A stretch of 55,507 nt of DNA from Sedimenticola sp. (GCA_026984055.1 JALSSX010000164.1:1-55507), one strand, 5' to 3'. Positions 37,828 to 47,959 are shown, numbered from the stretch's first letter. A program made the numbers and translations. Notes: generated from the sequence alone by a model not told the origin.

Positions 37828-38958
37828 ATGGCAGAGAATGCCGACGGTCAGGAAAAGTCGGAACAACCAACCGGGAAGAAGCTGTCCGATGCGCGCAAGA
37901 AAGGGCAGGTGCCGCGTTCGCGTGAGCTGAATACCGTCGTGGTGACGCTGGGTGGCGTGGTGCTACTGTTTTCCTTCGGCCAGCGTTATGTCGATCAGAT
38001 GATGGCGACGATGCGCTTGAACTTCAATGTCCGACGGGATGATGTCTTCGATCCAGTGACGATGCTCGATCATCTGATGCGTGGCATCCAGGACGCATTG
38101 TGGTTGCTGGCGCCGTTCTTTCTGGCGATGACGGTGATCGCGGTGTTGTCTTCCATCGTGCTCGGTGGGATGAGTTTCTCCATTGAGTCACTGACGCCAA
38201 AGTTCGGCAAGCTGAACCCGGTCAAGGGCTTCAAGCGCATGTTCGCGCTGAAGGGATTGCTGGAGTTGCTGAAATCGGTGTTGAAGTTTCTGCTGATCGG
38301 TGGGGTTACGGCATTGGTGCTGTGGGCGGATGCTGATGAATTCCTGCGCCTGGGCAATGGTGACGTGCGTATCGCGATCGCCCGGGTGTTCGACTTGCTC
38401 GGTTGGGCGACCTTGTTGTTGGCTTCGATCCTGCTGGTGTTGGCTGCCATCGATGTGCCATTCCAGCTTTGGGAACACACGCGCAATTTGCGCATGACCA
38501 AGCAGGAAGTGCGCAACGAGATGAAGGACACCGAGGGCCGGCCCGAGGTCAAGGGTCGCATCCGCCAAGTGCAGCGTGAATTGGCGCAGCGGCGCATGAT
38601 GGATGAGGTGCCGAAGGCGGACGTGATCGTCACCAACCCGACGCATTACGCGGTGGCGCTGAGCTATCAGTCAGGCATGGACGCGCCGAAGGTTGTCGCG
38701 AAAGGTGTCGATCTGGTCGCGGCCAATATCCGTGAGCTGGGCGCCAAGCACCGCGTGCCGGTGGTCGAAGCGCCGCCATTGGCGCGCGCGATCTATTTCA
38801 ATACCGAGCTCGGCGAACAGATTCCAGCCGGCCTGTATCTGGCTGTCGCCAAGCTGCTCGGTTATATCTTCCAGCTTCAGGCCTGGCGCGTCGAGGGCGG
38901 CGAGTATCCGCGCCAGCCGGATGATTTTCCCGTGCCGGAAGATTATAGCCACGGTTAG
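37828..38958 (+). CDS. flhB: flagellar export apparatus switch protein FlhB
   Basis: 376 aa. EKSEQPT..K N-terminus and the NPTH autocleavage site (VTNPTHYAVAL). Confidence 0.95.
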   Translation: MAENADGQEKSEQPTGKKLSDARKKGQVPRSRELNTVVVTLGGVVLLFSFGQRYVDQMMATMRLNFNVRRDDVFDPVTMLDHLMRGIQDALWLLAPFFLAMTVIAVLSSIVLGGMSFSIESLTPKFGKLNPVKGFKRMFALKGLLELLKSVLKFLLIGGVTALVLWADADEFLRLGNGDVRIAIARVFDLLGWATLLLASILLVLAAIDVPFQLWEHTRNLRMTKQEVRNEMKDTEGRPEVKGRIRQVQRELAQRRMMDEVPKADVIVTNPTHYAVALSYQSGMDAPKVVAKGVDLVAANIRELGAKHRVPVVEAPPLARAIYFNTELGEQIPAGLYLAVAKLLGYIFQLQAWRVEGGEYPRQPDDFPVPEDYSHG

Positions 38959-38965
38959 CCTGAAA

Positions 38966-39060
38966 GCACGCGGTCGGTTACCTGTGATCTGTCCGAGGGA
39001 AGGCCATGAATACGTCCTTGTAGGCTTGACCCCGGCATAACCCATGGGGGAGACGGGACA
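38966..39060 (+). repeat. family-D repeat
   Basis: Aligns with 32591..32685. A weaker inverted D-like segment lies at about 39188..39228. Confidence 0.6.
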
Positions 39061-39119
39061 CGGCCGAACCACTGGCAGGGTTTCATGGCAGCGGGGGGCC
39101 ATCATGAATGTTGGCCAAG

Positions 39120-39135
39120 CGGCAGAATTATTGCA
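39120..39135 (+). promoter_or_regulatory. sigma-54-like promoter upstream of flhA
   Basis: CGGCAG-N5-TTGCA with correct GG/GC spacing, about 130 nt upstream of the flhA ATG. The first position deviates from consensus. Confidence 0.4.
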
Positions 39136-39264
39136 CGCGCCCTTTATCCCTGGCGGCGTTGCTTGTTATTTCGGGGAATGGTCTCACGGCCTCCTCGCGC
39201 CTTGCCAGGACGTAAATGCATTCCGAGTCAAGTGTCTTCATGAATTCTCAAGAGTGGTAATCAC

Positions 39265-41373
39265 ATGAATCCGCAAATCCTGCTGGACAATATCCGCCGT
39301 ATCGGTTTCAGCGGCCTGGGCGCGCCGGCATTGGTGCTGGTGATCCTGGCGATGGTGGTGATTCCGCTGCCGCCGATGATGCTCGACCTATTCTTCACCT
39401 TCAATATCGCCTTGTCGCTGGTGATCCTGTTGGTGGTGATCTATACAATGAAGCCATTGGACTTCGGTGTGTTTCCCAGCGTGTTGCTGATCGCCACCCT
39501 GTTACGCTTGGCTTTGAATGTCGCATCGACGCGCATCGTGTTGCTTGATGGCCACAACGGCGGTGCGGCGGCGGGCAAGGTGATCGAGGCCTTCGGCGAG
39601 TTCGTCATCGGTGGCAACTACGCGGTCGGGTTGGTGGTGTTCCTGATCCTGGTGATCATCAACTTCGTCGTCGTCACCAAGGGCGCCGGGCGCGTCTCCG
39701 AGGTGGCCGCGCGCTTCACCCTGGATGCGATGCCTGGTAAACAGATGGCGATCGATGCGGATCTGAATGCCGGCCTGATGACCCAGGAAGAAGCGCGCGC
39801 GCGTCGCGAGGAGGTCACCACTGAGGCGAATTTCTACGGCGCGATGGATGGCGCCAGCAAATTCGTGCGTGGCGACGCCATTGCCGGGATTATGATCTTG
39901 TTCATCAATATCATCGGCGGGCTGGCGATCGGCGTTGCGCAACACGGTCTACTGTTCGCCCAGGCGATGCAGAACTATTCTCTGCTGACGATCGGTGACG
40001 GCTTGGTCGCGCAGATCCCGTCGTTGCTGCTGTCGACCGCCGCGGCGATTCTAGTGACGCGCGTCTCGGCGACCCAGGATGTCGGTTCGCAGGTTGCCGC
40101 TCAGCTGCTGTCCAACCCGCGCGCACTGATGCTGACCGCTGGCGTGATGGCCTTGCTCGGCTTGGTGCCGGGCATGCCGAACCTGGCGTTTCTTGGTTTG
40201 GCCGCCGCGCTCGGCTATGGCGCATGGGTTGCGCACAAGCGCTCCCGTGAACCCGAGGTGCTACCGGCGGCCGGCGGGGCGGGAGCCTTGCCGGCAACGA
40301 CGGAACAGGCACCCGAGAGTCGCGAGCTGAGCTGGGATGACGTGCAGCCGGTGGATGTCATTGGCCTGGAGGTCGGCTATCGCTTGATCCCGCTGGTGGA
40401 TCGCAGTCAAGACGGCCAATTGATGACGCGCATCAAGGGCGTGCGCAAGAAGCTCTCGCAGGAGTTGGGCTTTCTCGTCCAGCCGGTGCATATCCGCGAT
40501 AACCTGGATCTGGCGCCTACCGTCTACCGTATCTCCCTGCATGGCGTGGTGATCGCTGAGGCGGAGGTCTATCCCGATCGCGAACTGGCGATAAACCCTG
40601 GCAAGGTATTCGGTGATTTGCAAGGCATCGCGACGCGTGACCCGGCCTTTGGCCTGGAGGCGGCATGGATAGAGACCGGTCAGCGTGAGCACGCCCAGGC
40701 GCTGGGTTATACGATCGTCGATGCGAGTACCGTGGTCGCCACCCATCTGAGCGAGTTGGTGCAGCGCCATGCCGCCGAGTTACTCGGTCACGAAGAGGTA
40801 CAGCAGCTCATCGAATCATTGGAAAAGATCGCGCCGAAGCTGGTCGAGGATCTGACGCCGAAGACGCTGTCGCTGAGCGTGATCCTAAAGGTGTTGCAGA
40901 ACCTGTTGCTAGAGCAGGTACCGATCCGCGATATGCGCACGATCGCCGAAACATTGGCGGAGCATGGCGCCATGAGTCAGGATCCCGCCGCGTTGACTGG
41001 GCTGGTCAGGGTAGCCTTATCTCGCGGAATCATTCAGCAACTGGTTGGTTCTAAAGAGGAAATTCCAGTTATTGTGTTGGAGCAAGAATTGGAACGCTTA
41101 TTGCTGCAGTTCCTGATGTCATCGGGAGAGGATGGCGGTGTCTTCGAACCCGGGCTGGCGGAACGCTTGCGGAACAATCTGCGGGAAGCTGCCCTGCAAC
41201 AGGAGCGGGAAGGTAACGAAGTCATCGTTCTGGTGGTTGCCGGGGTTCGCGCCTGGTTGGCGCACTTCATGCGCCATTCCGGCATCGATGGCCATGCGCT
41301 CTCCTACGATGAGATACCCGATAACCGTCGCGTCAAGGTCATCGCGACCATCGGGCAACAGGAAAAGACTTAA
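39265..41373 (+). CDS. flhA: flagellar export apparatus protein FlhA
   Basis: 702 aa. FHIPEP family motifs and a large cytoplasmic C-terminal domain. Confidence 0.95.
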   Translation: MNPQILLDNIRRIGFSGLGAPALVLVILAMVVIPLPPMMLDLFFTFNIALSLVILLVVIYTMKPLDFGVFPSVLLIATLLRLALNVASTRIVLLDGHNGGAAAGKVIEAFGEFVIGGNYAVGLVVFLILVIINFVVVTKGAGRVSEVAARFTLDAMPGKQMAIDADLNAGLMTQEEARARREEVTTEANFYGAMDGASKFVRGDAIAGIMILFINIIGGLAIGVAQHGLLFAQAMQNYSLLTIGDGLVAQIPSLLLSTAAAILVTRVSATQDVGSQVAAQLLSNPRALMLTAGVMALLGLVPGMPNLAFLGLAAALGYGAWVAHKRSREPEVLPAAGGAGALPATTEQAPESRELSWDDVQPVDVIGLEVGYRLIPLVDRSQDGQLMTRIKGVRKKLSQELGFLVQPVHIRDNLDLAPTVYRISLHGVVIAEAEVYPDRELAINPGKVFGDLQGIATRDPAFGLEAAWIETGQREHAQALGYTIVDASTVVATHLSELVQRHAAELLGHEEVQQLIESLEKIAPKLVEDLTPKTLSLSVILKVLQNLLLEQVPIRDMRTIAETLAEHGAMSQDPAALTGLVRVALSRGIIQQLVGSKEEIPVIVLEQELERLLLQFLMSSGEDGGVFEPGLAERLRNNLREAALQQEREGNEVIVLVVAGVRAWLAHFMRHSGIDGHALSYDEIPDNRRVKVIATIGQQEKT

Positions 41374-41424
41374 CCGAAGGGTTGCTGTTCGTCAGCCGCC
41401 CTTCTCCAAAGGGCAGACAGGTTG

Positions 41425-42759
41425 ATGAAGATAAAACGTTTTCAGGCTCCCGATATCCGTCAGGCATTGCGCCTGGTCAAGGAATCGCTGGGTTCCGACG
41501 CCGTGATTCTGTCGAACAACGCCATTGAGGGCGGCATCGAGTTGGTCGCTGCCGTCGATGTCGAAGAGGCCGCGGAATCGACGCCACACCGGGAACCGCG
41601 GGCCGGATCGTTCAATGCTGCCTTGCGGCGGGCGCGAGCCGAACAGACCGTCTTGCACGAGCAGGCGCCGACACGCGACGATGATGTCGTCACCGATTTT
41701 CGTCGGCCGGTCGAGCGGCGCGCGCCTTCCACCCAGGAACACCGTCGTGGCGACCAGGCGAGCACGCTACGCCGCGCCAGTCAGTCCTTCGCCAAGCCGG
41801 CGGATGGTGGTCGCGCCAACGGCGATTCCGAAGTCGAGCGGCTGCGTGAGGAGATCGCTGGCGTGCGGCGCATGCTCGAAGCCGGTTTCTCCAGCCTGTC
41901 ATGGCAGCGAACCGGCGAGCAGAACCCGGAGCGCCAGTATCTGTTCCGTCGCCTGATGGCGCTGGGCGTCAGCGCCGATATCGCCAATCATTTGCTGAAG
42001 CACGCGCCGCTCGGTGAGGATGTCGAGGAAAGCTGGCATCGCGCGCTGCACAGTCTGGCCTCGGCCCTGCTGCTGATCGAGGATCACGTGCTCGACGAAG
42101 GTGGAGTGATCGCGCTGGTCGGCCCGACCGGTGTTGGCAAGACCACCACGCTGGCGAAAATCGCCGCGCGCTTCTGTCTGCGGCATGGAAAGCAGCAACT
42201 GGCGTTGGTCACCACCGATCACTACCGCATCGGCGCGCGCGATCAATTGAACACCTATGCGCGCATCCTGGATATCCCGATCCGCACCGCTTCCAGCGAG
42301 GCGGAGTTGCACGACACTCTCGAAAGCCTCGCCGACCGGCGCCTGATCCTGATCGACACCGCTGGCATGAGCCAGAAAGATGTGCGCTTGTCCGAGCAGA
42401 TGGCGATGTTGAGTGCCGGCTCGCAGTCGGTGAAGACTTGGCTGACTCTGCCGGCGACCATTCAGCGACAGACGGCGGAACAGGTGATACGCGCGTTTCG
42501 TGTCGCCAAGCTATCGGCTTGTGTGTTGACCAAGCTCGATGAGAGTGTGTCGCTGGGTGGGGTCATCTCGGCGTTACTCCGTACCGGCCTGCCATTGAAC
42601 TATGTCACCGATGGCCAGCGCGTGCCGGAGGATCTGCATCCGGCGCGGGCCTTCCAACTGCTCGAACAGGCGGCGGCGCAACTGTCGTCGGAAGATGAAC
42701 TGTCGGATGACTATCTGGCGATGGCGTTTGCGGGAGCGGGAAAGTATGCAAATGGCTGA
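41425..42759 (+). CDS. flhF: flagellar biosynthesis SRP-type GTPase FlhF
   Basis: About 444 aa. N-terminal MKIKRF.A......A...V...LG.DAVILS, and G-domain motifs GPTGVGKTTT and DTAG. Confidence 0.9.
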   Translation: MKIKRFQAPDIRQALRLVKESLGSDAVILSNNAIEGGIELVAAVDVEEAAESTPHREPRAGSFNAALRRARAEQTVLHEQAPTRDDDVVTDFRRPVERRAPSTQEHRRGDQASTLRRASQSFAKPADGGRANGDSEVERLREEIAGVRRMLEAGFSSLSWQRTGEQNPERQYLFRRLMALGVSADIANHLLKHAPLGEDVEESWHRALHSLASALLLIEDHVLDEGGVIALVGPTGVGKTTTLAKIAARFCLRHGKQQLALVTTDHYRIGARDQLNTYARILDIPIRTASSEAELHDTLESLADRRLILIDTAGMSQKDVRLSEQMAMLSAGSQSVKTWLTLPATIQRQTAEQVIRAFRVAKLSACVLTKLDESVSLGGVISALLRTGLPLNYVTDGQRVPEDLHPARAFQLLEQAAAQLSSEDELSDDYLAMAFAGAGKYANG

Positions 42760-43630
42760 AGCGACGCAAGACCAGGCGGCTGGCCTGCGACGCATGATGA
42801 AGCATGAGCCGGTGCGCGTAATCGCTGTCACCGGTGGCAAGGGCGGTGTCGGAAAGACCAACATCGCGATCAATCTAGGGGTCGGTCTGGCCGAGGCCGG
42901 ACGTGGCGTGATGCTGTTGGATGCCGATCTCGGCCTGGCGAATATCGATGTCGCCCTCGGCCTGCATCCTGACTACAACCTGTCACATGTATTGCGCGGT
43001 GAACGCAGCTTGGAAGAGATCATCGTTACCGGGCCGAAAGGCATCCAGGTCGTGCCCGGCGCGTCGGGTGTCAAGCGGATGGCGCATCTCGACGCCTCCG
43101 AGCATGTCGGTCTGATCCGTGCGTTCAGTGATCTCGGAAACCAGCTCGACACCCTGATCATTGATACTGCCGCCGGCATCAGCGACGACGTGGTCAGTTT
43201 CAGCCGCGCGGCGCAGGACATCCTCGTCGTGGTGTGTGATGAGCCGGCATCGATGACGGATGCCTATGCGTTGATCAAACTGTTGCACAAGGAATACGGC
43301 ATCGGTCGATTCCGCGTCCTGGCCAATATGGTCAAGACGGTTCAGGAAGGACGTGATCTGTACAACAAGTTGTGCCGCGTCACCGATCGTTACCTGGATG
43401 TCATGCTCACCTATATCGGCGCGGTGCCTTTCGACGAGTCACTGCGCAAGGCGGTCAAGGGACAGAAACCCGTGATTCAGGCGTTTCCCCGCAGCAAGTC
43501 CGCCCAGGCGTTTCGCGCCATCGCTCGCAAGATCGAGGACTGGCCATTGGCTACCGGTAATAGCGGGCAACTGCAATTCTTTGTCGAACGTCTGATTCAA
43601 TATTCAAGCCAACTCGGGGAGATAGTGTGA
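42746..43630 (+). CDS. fleN: MinD-type ATPase FleN/FlhG (flagellar number regulator)
   Basis: 294 aa from the ATG at 42746. Deviant Walker A GGKGGVGKT. Overlaps the flhF end by 14 nt. Confidence 0.9.
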   Translation: MQMAEATQDQAAGLRRMMKHEPVRVIAVTGGKGGVGKTNIAINLGVGLAEAGRGVMLLDADLGLANIDVALGLHPDYNLSHVLRGERSLEEIIVTGPKGIQVVPGASGVKRMAHLDASEHVGLIRAFSDLGNQLDTLIIDTAAGISDDVVSFSRAAQDILVVVCDEPASMTDAYALIKLLHKEYGIGRFRVLANMVKTVQEGRDLYNKLCRVTDRYLDVMLTYIGAVPFDESLRKAVKGQKPVIQAFPRSKSAQAFRAIARKIEDWPLATGNSGQLQFFVERLIQYSSQLGEIV

Positions 43631-44394
43631 TGAATGGTCTGGCTACCTACAATGCCGTCGCGGAACAGAGCTACGATGAGCTCGTCAATCAACATGCGGC
43701 GCTGGTGAAGCGTATCGCCTACCATCTGATGAGCCGTTTGCCGCCGAATGTGCAGGTAGAGGATCTGGTGCAGGCCGGCATGATCGGCCTGCTCGAAGCC
43801 AGCCGCAACTACGATCCGTCACAGGGCGCGAGTTTCGAGACCTATGCCGGCATCCGCATTCGTGGCTCGATGCTCGACGAGATCCGCCGTAGTGACTGGA
43901 CGCCGCGCTCGGTGCATCGCAAGGCGCGCATGGTTGCCGAGGCGATACGCCGGATCGAGAACGAACAGGGGCGCGACGCGCGTGACAACGAGGTAGCTGA
44001 GGCACTGGAGATGACGGTCGAGGAGTATCATGCGGTGCTGAAGGATTCCAACAGCGCGCGTATCTTCAGTTTCGATGAACTCTCCGCGCTCGGCGAGGTA
44101 GTGCCGGAAGGTGGCAACCGGCAATCGTTGAGCGAGAACCCGATGGATGGACTGTATCGCAGCGATTTCCGCAAGGCGCTGACGGATGCAATCGCCGGCC
44201 TGCCGGATCGCGAACGCATGGTGATCGGCATGTATTACCAGGATGAGCTGAACCTGCGTGAGATTGGTCAGGTGCTCGGCGTCAGTGAATCCCGCGTCTG
44301 TCAGATTCACAGCCAGGCGGCATTGCGTCTGCGCGCGCGACTGAAGGCGTGGCTGTCCGATCGCGATGAAGCTGATCCTCAAGTCAAGACCTGA
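43630..44394 (+). CDS. fliA: flagellar sigma factor FliA (sigma-28)
   Basis: 254 aa. Sigma-70 regions 2, 3 and 4 (DLVQAGMIGL, ...LREIG..LGVSESRV.Q). Its ATG overlaps the fleN stop. Confidence 0.95.
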   Translation: MNGLATYNAVAEQSYDELVNQHAALVKRIAYHLMSRLPPNVQVEDLVQAGMIGLLEASRNYDPSQGASFETYAGIRIRGSMLDEIRRSDWTPRSVHRKARMVAEAIRRIENEQGRDARDNEVAEALEMTVEEYHAVLKDSNSARIFSFDELSALGEVVPEGGNRQSLSENPMDGLYRSDFRKALTDAIAGLPDRERMVIGMYYQDELNLREIGQVLGVSESRVCQIHSQAALRLRARLKAWLSDRDEADPQVKT

Positions 44395-44443
44395 AATACC
44401 CTGGATCATGGGAGGTCGCGCGTGGTTTGGTCGAGGCCAGGCT

Positions 44444-44612
44444 CTAACAGGGTGTTGAAAAAGTCCTTCCATGGACTTTTTCAACGACGGAACCGGGAAA
44501 TGCGATTTCCCGGCTCCTTCATTTTCAATGACTTGCCGTCATCGAAAATGGCGGTACATCCCTGTATCGCATACAGGCCATTGAAAAGTGCTATTTTTCA
44601 ATAGCCTGCTAA
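44444..44612 (+). mobile_element. family-B MITE-like element (161-bp body), flanked by CTAA/CTAA
   Basis: Full-length B copy between fliA and cheY. Confidence 0.85.
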
Positions 44613-44636
44613 GGAATCGCTCTCGCCGGCCGACTG
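44610..44636 (+). promoter_or_regulatory. sigma-28 (FliA) type promoter upstream of cheY
   Basis: TAAG-N15-GCCGACTG versus the consensus TAAA-N15-GCCGATAA. The -35 element overlaps the right CTAA flank of the B element. Confidence 0.55.
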
Positions 44637-44706
44637 ATACATCCATGGGCACGACTGTCCTGAACCACAGAAACCGAACGAATGGGAGGCACCCTTGGAC
44701 AAGAAC

Positions 44707-45081
44707 ATGAAGATCCTCATCGTGGATGATTTTTCCACTATGCGCCGCATCATAAAAAATCTATTGCGCGACCTGGGGTTCACCAACACCCACGAAGCTG
44801 ACGACGGCAATACCGCGTTGCCGATGCTGCAATCGGGTCACTTCGATTTCCTGATCAGCGACTGGAACATGCCTGGCATGACTGGTATCGACCTGCTGCG
44901 CGCGGTTCGCGCCGATACGGATCTGGCGGCCATGCCGGTGTTGCTGGTGACCGCCGAGTCGAAGCGCGAGCAGATCATCGAGGCGGTGCAGGCTGGCGTG
45001 AATGGCTATGTGGTCAAGCCGTTCACCGCGGCGACACTGGAAGAGAAGATCAACAAGATATTCTCGCGAGTCGCGGCCTGA
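44707..45081 (+). CDS. cheY: chemotaxis response regulator CheY
   Basis: 124 aa from the ATG at 44707. [22 protein letters not shown], and K at VVKPF. Confidence 0.95.
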   Translation: MKILIVDDFSTMRRIIKNLLRDLGFTNTHEADDGNTALPMLQSGHFDFLISDWNMPGMTGIDLLRAVRADTDLAAMPVLLVTAESKREQIIEAVQAGVNGYVVKPFTAATLEEKINKIFSRVAA

Positions 45082-45083
45082 CC

Positions 45084-45839
45084 ATGACTGCTCAGGGGAA
45101 TGCCGAGATGCTGCAAGGTGGCATCGATGAAAAACGCATCGACATGGCTCGGGAACTGCTCGCGCTTCTGGAAGCGGGGCATAATGAGGAGGCCGATGCG
45201 CAACTGACGCGGATGTGCGACGAGATGGATGCCGCGCTGTTTCAAGAGGTTGGGCGTCTGACCCGCGAGCTGCACGAGGCGATGAACGGTTTTCTGCTCG
45301 ACGACCGGGTATCGGAGATCGCGCTGCACGAGATTCCGGACGCCGCCGAACGCCTGCGCTATGTGATTGCAACGACCGAGCAGGCGGCGCACGCGACCTT
45401 GAGCGCGGTCGAGAAATCCCTGCCATTGGCCGACGAGCTGAGCAAGGGCGCGAGCACATTGGGTGAAGCCTGGGACCGCTTTCGCGACCGGCGCATGACG
45501 ATCGGCGACTTCAAATCCATGAGCGAGGAAATCAGCGTCTTTCTCGATCTGGCGCGCGGTCATTCCAAGGTATTGCATGCACAGCTTTCCGAGGTGTTGA
45601 TGGCGCAGGGCTATCAGGACATCACCGGACAGATCATCAAGCGCGTCATCGAGCTGGTCGAGGATGTCGAGGGCCGGCTGGTGAATCTGGTGCGCATCAC
45701 CGGCAGCCGTTACCAGCAACGCAAGGATCATGACGATCCGGCGATTCTCGAAGGGCCGGTCGTGCCGGGAATCGATCAGGGCAGTGTCGTCGCGGGTCAA
45801 GACGATGTTGACGATCTGCTTTCCAGCCTGGGTTTTTAG
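45084..45839 (+). CDS. cheZ: CheY-P phosphatase CheZ
   Basis: 251 aa. The Q.YQD.TGQ active-site motif (AQGYQDITGQ) and an acidic C-terminal peptide (DDVDDLLSSLGF). Confidence 0.9.
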   Translation: MTAQGNAEMLQGGIDEKRIDMARELLALLEAGHNEEADAQLTRMCDEMDAALFQEVGRLTRELHEAMNGFLLDDRVSEIALHEIPDAAERLRYVIATTEQAAHATLSAVEKSLPLADELSKGASTLGEAWDRFRDRRMTIGDFKSMSEEISVFLDLARGHSKVLHAQLSEVLMAQGYQDITGQIIKRVIELVEDVEGRLVNLVRITGSRYQQRKDHDDPAILEGPVVPGIDQGSVVAGQDDVDDLLSSLGF

Positions 45840-45848
45840 GAGCGGATC

Positions 45849-47933
45849 ATGAGTCTAGATGCGGATGACGAAATCCTCCAGGATTTCATTGTGGAAGCCA
45901 GCGAAATCCTTGAGCTGTTGTCGGAACAACTCGTCGACCTGGAGCAGGCGCCGGACGACTTCGAGCTGCTCAACGCTGTGTTCCGTGGTTTCCATACCAT
46001 CAAGGGCGGTGCCGGCTTTCTGAACATCGAGAACTTGGTCGAGATTTGCCATCGCGCCGAGGATGTGTTCAACATCCTGCGTCAGGGACAGCGACCGGTG
46101 GACGCGCAACTGATGGATGTCGTGCTGGAGGTGCTCGACGTGCTGAACGCGATGTTCGATGACATCCGCGCCGCAGTCGATCCCGAACCGGCCAGTCGTG
46201 AGCTGATCCAACGTCTGGATGTACTTGCCGTGCCGGTTGGTGAAAATGCCGAGGCGGAAACGCCGCCAGCGGCGCGGGCCGAAGCGCCCGCGGCGCCTGA
46301 TCCGGGATCCGCCACAGCGGGAGATGAGGCGCTCGATGAATTGCTCGGTCAGGTGGCTGACGGTAAGGCCGAACCGCTGGTCGGGGGTGATGATATCTCC
46401 GAGGAAGAGTTCGAGAATCTGCTGGACGAGCTGCACGGCAAGGGGCGTTTCACGCCAGATGTGGTCAGCGCGCCGTCCGCCGATACGCCACCGGAACAGC
46501 CACCCGCCGAGTCCGCGTCGGACGACATCAGCGAGGAAGAGTTCGAGTCGCTGCTCGACGAAATGCATGGCAAGGGCAAGCGTCCTGGTGTCGCGGCCGC
46601 CGAAGCCGTCGTCGCAAGCACGCCCGCGGAAGTCGCGACCGCCGCGCCGACGGCGCCGCCGCTTGCCGAGATGGCGAAGCCCGAGTCGCACTCATTGCCC
46701 CCGGCGCCAGTCGCATCGGCAAAGCGCCCGCCGCGTGAACCAAGCGCGCCGAAGCCGAAGACGAGCACCGCCGAGACCACGGTGCGTGTCGACACCAAGC
46801 GCCTCGACGACATCATGAACATGGTCGGCGAACTGGTATTGGTGCGTAACCGGTTGGCCACGCTACGCGCCTCGGTCGAGGACGAAAAGGTGCTGAACGC
46901 GATCGCCAATCTGGACGTGGTCACCTCCGATCTGCAACTGTCGGTGATGAAGACCCGCATGCAACCGATCAAGAAGGTATTCGGTCGCTTCCCGCGCGTG
47001 ATCCGCGATCTGGCGCGTAGCCTGAACAAAGAGATCGATCTGGAGATGATCGGTGAAGACACCGATCTGGACAAGAATCTGGTCGAATCGCTAGCCGATC
47101 CGCTGGTGCATCTGGTGCGCAACGCTGTCGATCACGGTATCGAGAAACCGGACGAACGCGAGGCGGTCGGCAAGCCACGCGTCGGCAAGGTAGTGTTGTC
47201 CGCCGCGCAGGAGGGCGACCATATCCTGTTGTCCATCCGTGACGACGGCAAGGGCATGGACCCGGATGTATTGCGTCAGAAGGCGGTCGAGAAAGGCATG
47301 ATGGATGTCGAGAGTGCCGAGCGCTTGGACAATCGTGATTGCTACAACCTGATCTTTCAGCCCGGGTTCTCGACCAAGAGCGAGATCTCGGATGTTTCCG
47401 GACGCGGTGTCGGCATGGATGTGGTGAAGACCCGCATCAGTGAATTGAACGGCACCGTCGAGATCGATTCGGAGAAGGGCAAGGGGAGCCTGATCGTGGT
47501 CAAGCTGCCGTTAACGTTGGCGATACTGCCGACCCTGATGGTAGTGCTGGGCGACCAGCCGTTTGCGCTGCCACTGGCCAGCGTCGTCGAGATATTCAAC
47601 CTGCGTGACAGTCGCACGAACGTCGTCGATGGGCAATTGACAGTGCGCGTGCGTGATCGCGCGGTGCCGCTGTTCCATCTGCGCAAGTGGCTGATCAACG
47701 CCTACGACGCTGGCGATAGCGGTGGGCATGTCGTCGTGGTGAATATGAACGGCATGCAGATCGGCTTGGTCGTCGATACCCTGCTCGGTCAGGAAGAGGT
47801 CGTCATCAAGCCGCTCGGCGCATCCTTGCAGAGTGTCGAGGGTATGGCCGGCGCAACCATCACCGGCGACGGCAAGATCGCGTTGATCCTCGACGTGCCA
47901 GGGTTGATGCGTCGCTACGCCAGCCGCTATTGA
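45849..47933 (+). CDS. cheA: chemotaxis histidine kinase CheA
   Basis: 694 aa. Hpt P1 (FHTIKGGAGF), long acidic linker, dimerisation domain, HATPase (DDGKGMD, GRGVGMDVV) and CheW-like P5. Confidence 0.95.
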   Translation: MSLDADDEILQDFIVEASEILELLSEQLVDLEQAPDDFELLNAVFRGFHTIKGGAGFLNIENLVEICHRAEDVFNILRQGQRPVDAQLMDVVLEVLDVLNAMFDDIRAAVDPEPASRELIQRLDVLAVPVGENAEAETPPAARAEAPAAPDPGSATAGDEALDELLGQVADGKAEPLVGGDDISEEEFENLLDELHGKGRFTPDVVSAPSADTPPEQPPAESASDDISEEEFESLLDEMHGKGKRPGVAAAEAVVASTPAEVATAAPTAPPLAEMAKPESHSLPPAPVASAKRPPREPSAPKPKTSTAETTVRVDTKRLDDIMNMVGELVLVRNRLATLRASVEDEKVLNAIANLDVVTSDLQLSVMKTRMQPIKKVFGRFPRVIRDLARSLNKEIDLEMIGEDTDLDKNLVESLADPLVHLVRNAVDHGIEKPDEREAVGKPRVGKVVLSAAQEGDHILLSIRDDGKGMDPDVLRQKAVEKGMMDVESAERLDNRDCYNLIFQPGFSTKSEISDVSGRGVGMDVVKTRISELNGTVEIDSEKGKGSLIVVKLPLTLAILPTLMVVLGDQPFALPLASVVEIFNLRDSRTNVVDGQLTVRVRDRAVPLFHLRKWLINAYDAGDSGGHVVVVNMNGMQIGLVVDTLLGQEEVVIKPLGASLQSVEGMAGATITGDGKIALILDVPGLMRRYASRY

Positions 47934-47959
47934 ATGTGCCGTGAACGTGGAGCTTCGGC

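Noticed and set aside
6475-44612. Could the dispersed repeats be a CRISPR array or CRISPR remnants?
   Set aside because: The copies are 130-185 bp, not 25-40 bp, and are not regularly spaced by unique spacers. They are scattered over 38 kb in both orientations, and no cas genes are present.
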